A DNA stretch of 64,000 nt, from the IMG/VR virus record IMGVR_UViG_3300029787_000010, positions 1 to 64,000 of that record; one strand, given 5' to 3'. The position numbers and the translations under genes were made by a program. Each line of letters begins with the position of its first letter. The first letter of the stretch is position 1. Positions 63,936 through 64,000 of this stretch are shown in pieces. The notes below the pieces were generated by a model. The model did no database searches and was not told the DNA's origin. It saw only the letters and a list, made by a program, of their open reading frames with translations. The DNA is from a virus.

Positions 63936-64000
63936 TCAGCAATGGAAAAGGGTGTCGGTGCTAATGACCTTGACATTTTTTGGATGAATCATGACACGAG
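63936..64000 (-). CDS. 3' end of an upstream gene, probably the tail tube protein (partial)
   Basis: ...RVMIHPKNVKVISTDTLFHC*; identity inferred from position only. Confidence 0.45.
   Translation of the reverse strand, partial: RVMIHPKNVKVISTDTLFHC

Larger units (their letters stand above)
1..64000. mobile_element. Segment of a tailed archaeal virus genome, magrovirus-like (putative Marine Group II Euryarchaeota virus)
   Basis: Archaeal-type PolB, AEP primase, RFC, clamp, ERCC4, MCM-like helicase and thermosome occur together with a tail module; dense co-oriented small genes; no cellular housekeeping operons. The gene set matches described magroviruses; host is inferred. Confidence 0.88.

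Overview
The window is a 64-kb segment of a tailed dsDNA archaeal virus. It is most consistent with a magrovirus (Magrovirales; host inferred to be Marine Group II / Ca. Poseidoniales), based on gene content, archaeal TATA boxes and GGAGG/GGTGA ribosome-binding sites. All family assignments come from motif recognition by eye; no searches were run. There are three modules. (1) ~0.2-25 kb, + strand: about 60 mostly small early/accessory genes, including ArdA, a HARP-SNF2 helicase, a ParB-like protein, an adenine MTase, DUF932, a PC4-like protein, a degenerate DNA ligase and many Zn-finger microproteins. These genes are joined by a stereotyped junction sequence GAGGAATGAA(A)CATG and punctuated by a repeated 37-bp promoter-like element. 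One lone minus-strand gene encodes a Ser/Thr-kinase-like protein. (2) ~25-39 kb, + strand: an archaeal-type replisome (RFC, SSB, ATPase, clamp, PolB, Cas4-like nuclease, fused primase, ERCC4 nuclease, MCM-like helicase, DEDD exonuclease) and a group II chaperonin. (3) ~39-64 kb, - strand: HMG-CoA lyase and the tail module (a 5486-aa giant protein, hub, two paralogous Dit-like proteins, a 154-aa candidate mini tape measure, and a frameshift-type chaperone pair). The most interesting signals are a candidate gene-cassette shuffling system built on RBS/stop/start junction repeats, the tagged kinase, the ligase lacking its catalytic lysine, the miniature tape measure, and strong avoidance of specific restriction-like sites. 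No tRNA, rRNA or CRISPR array was seen.
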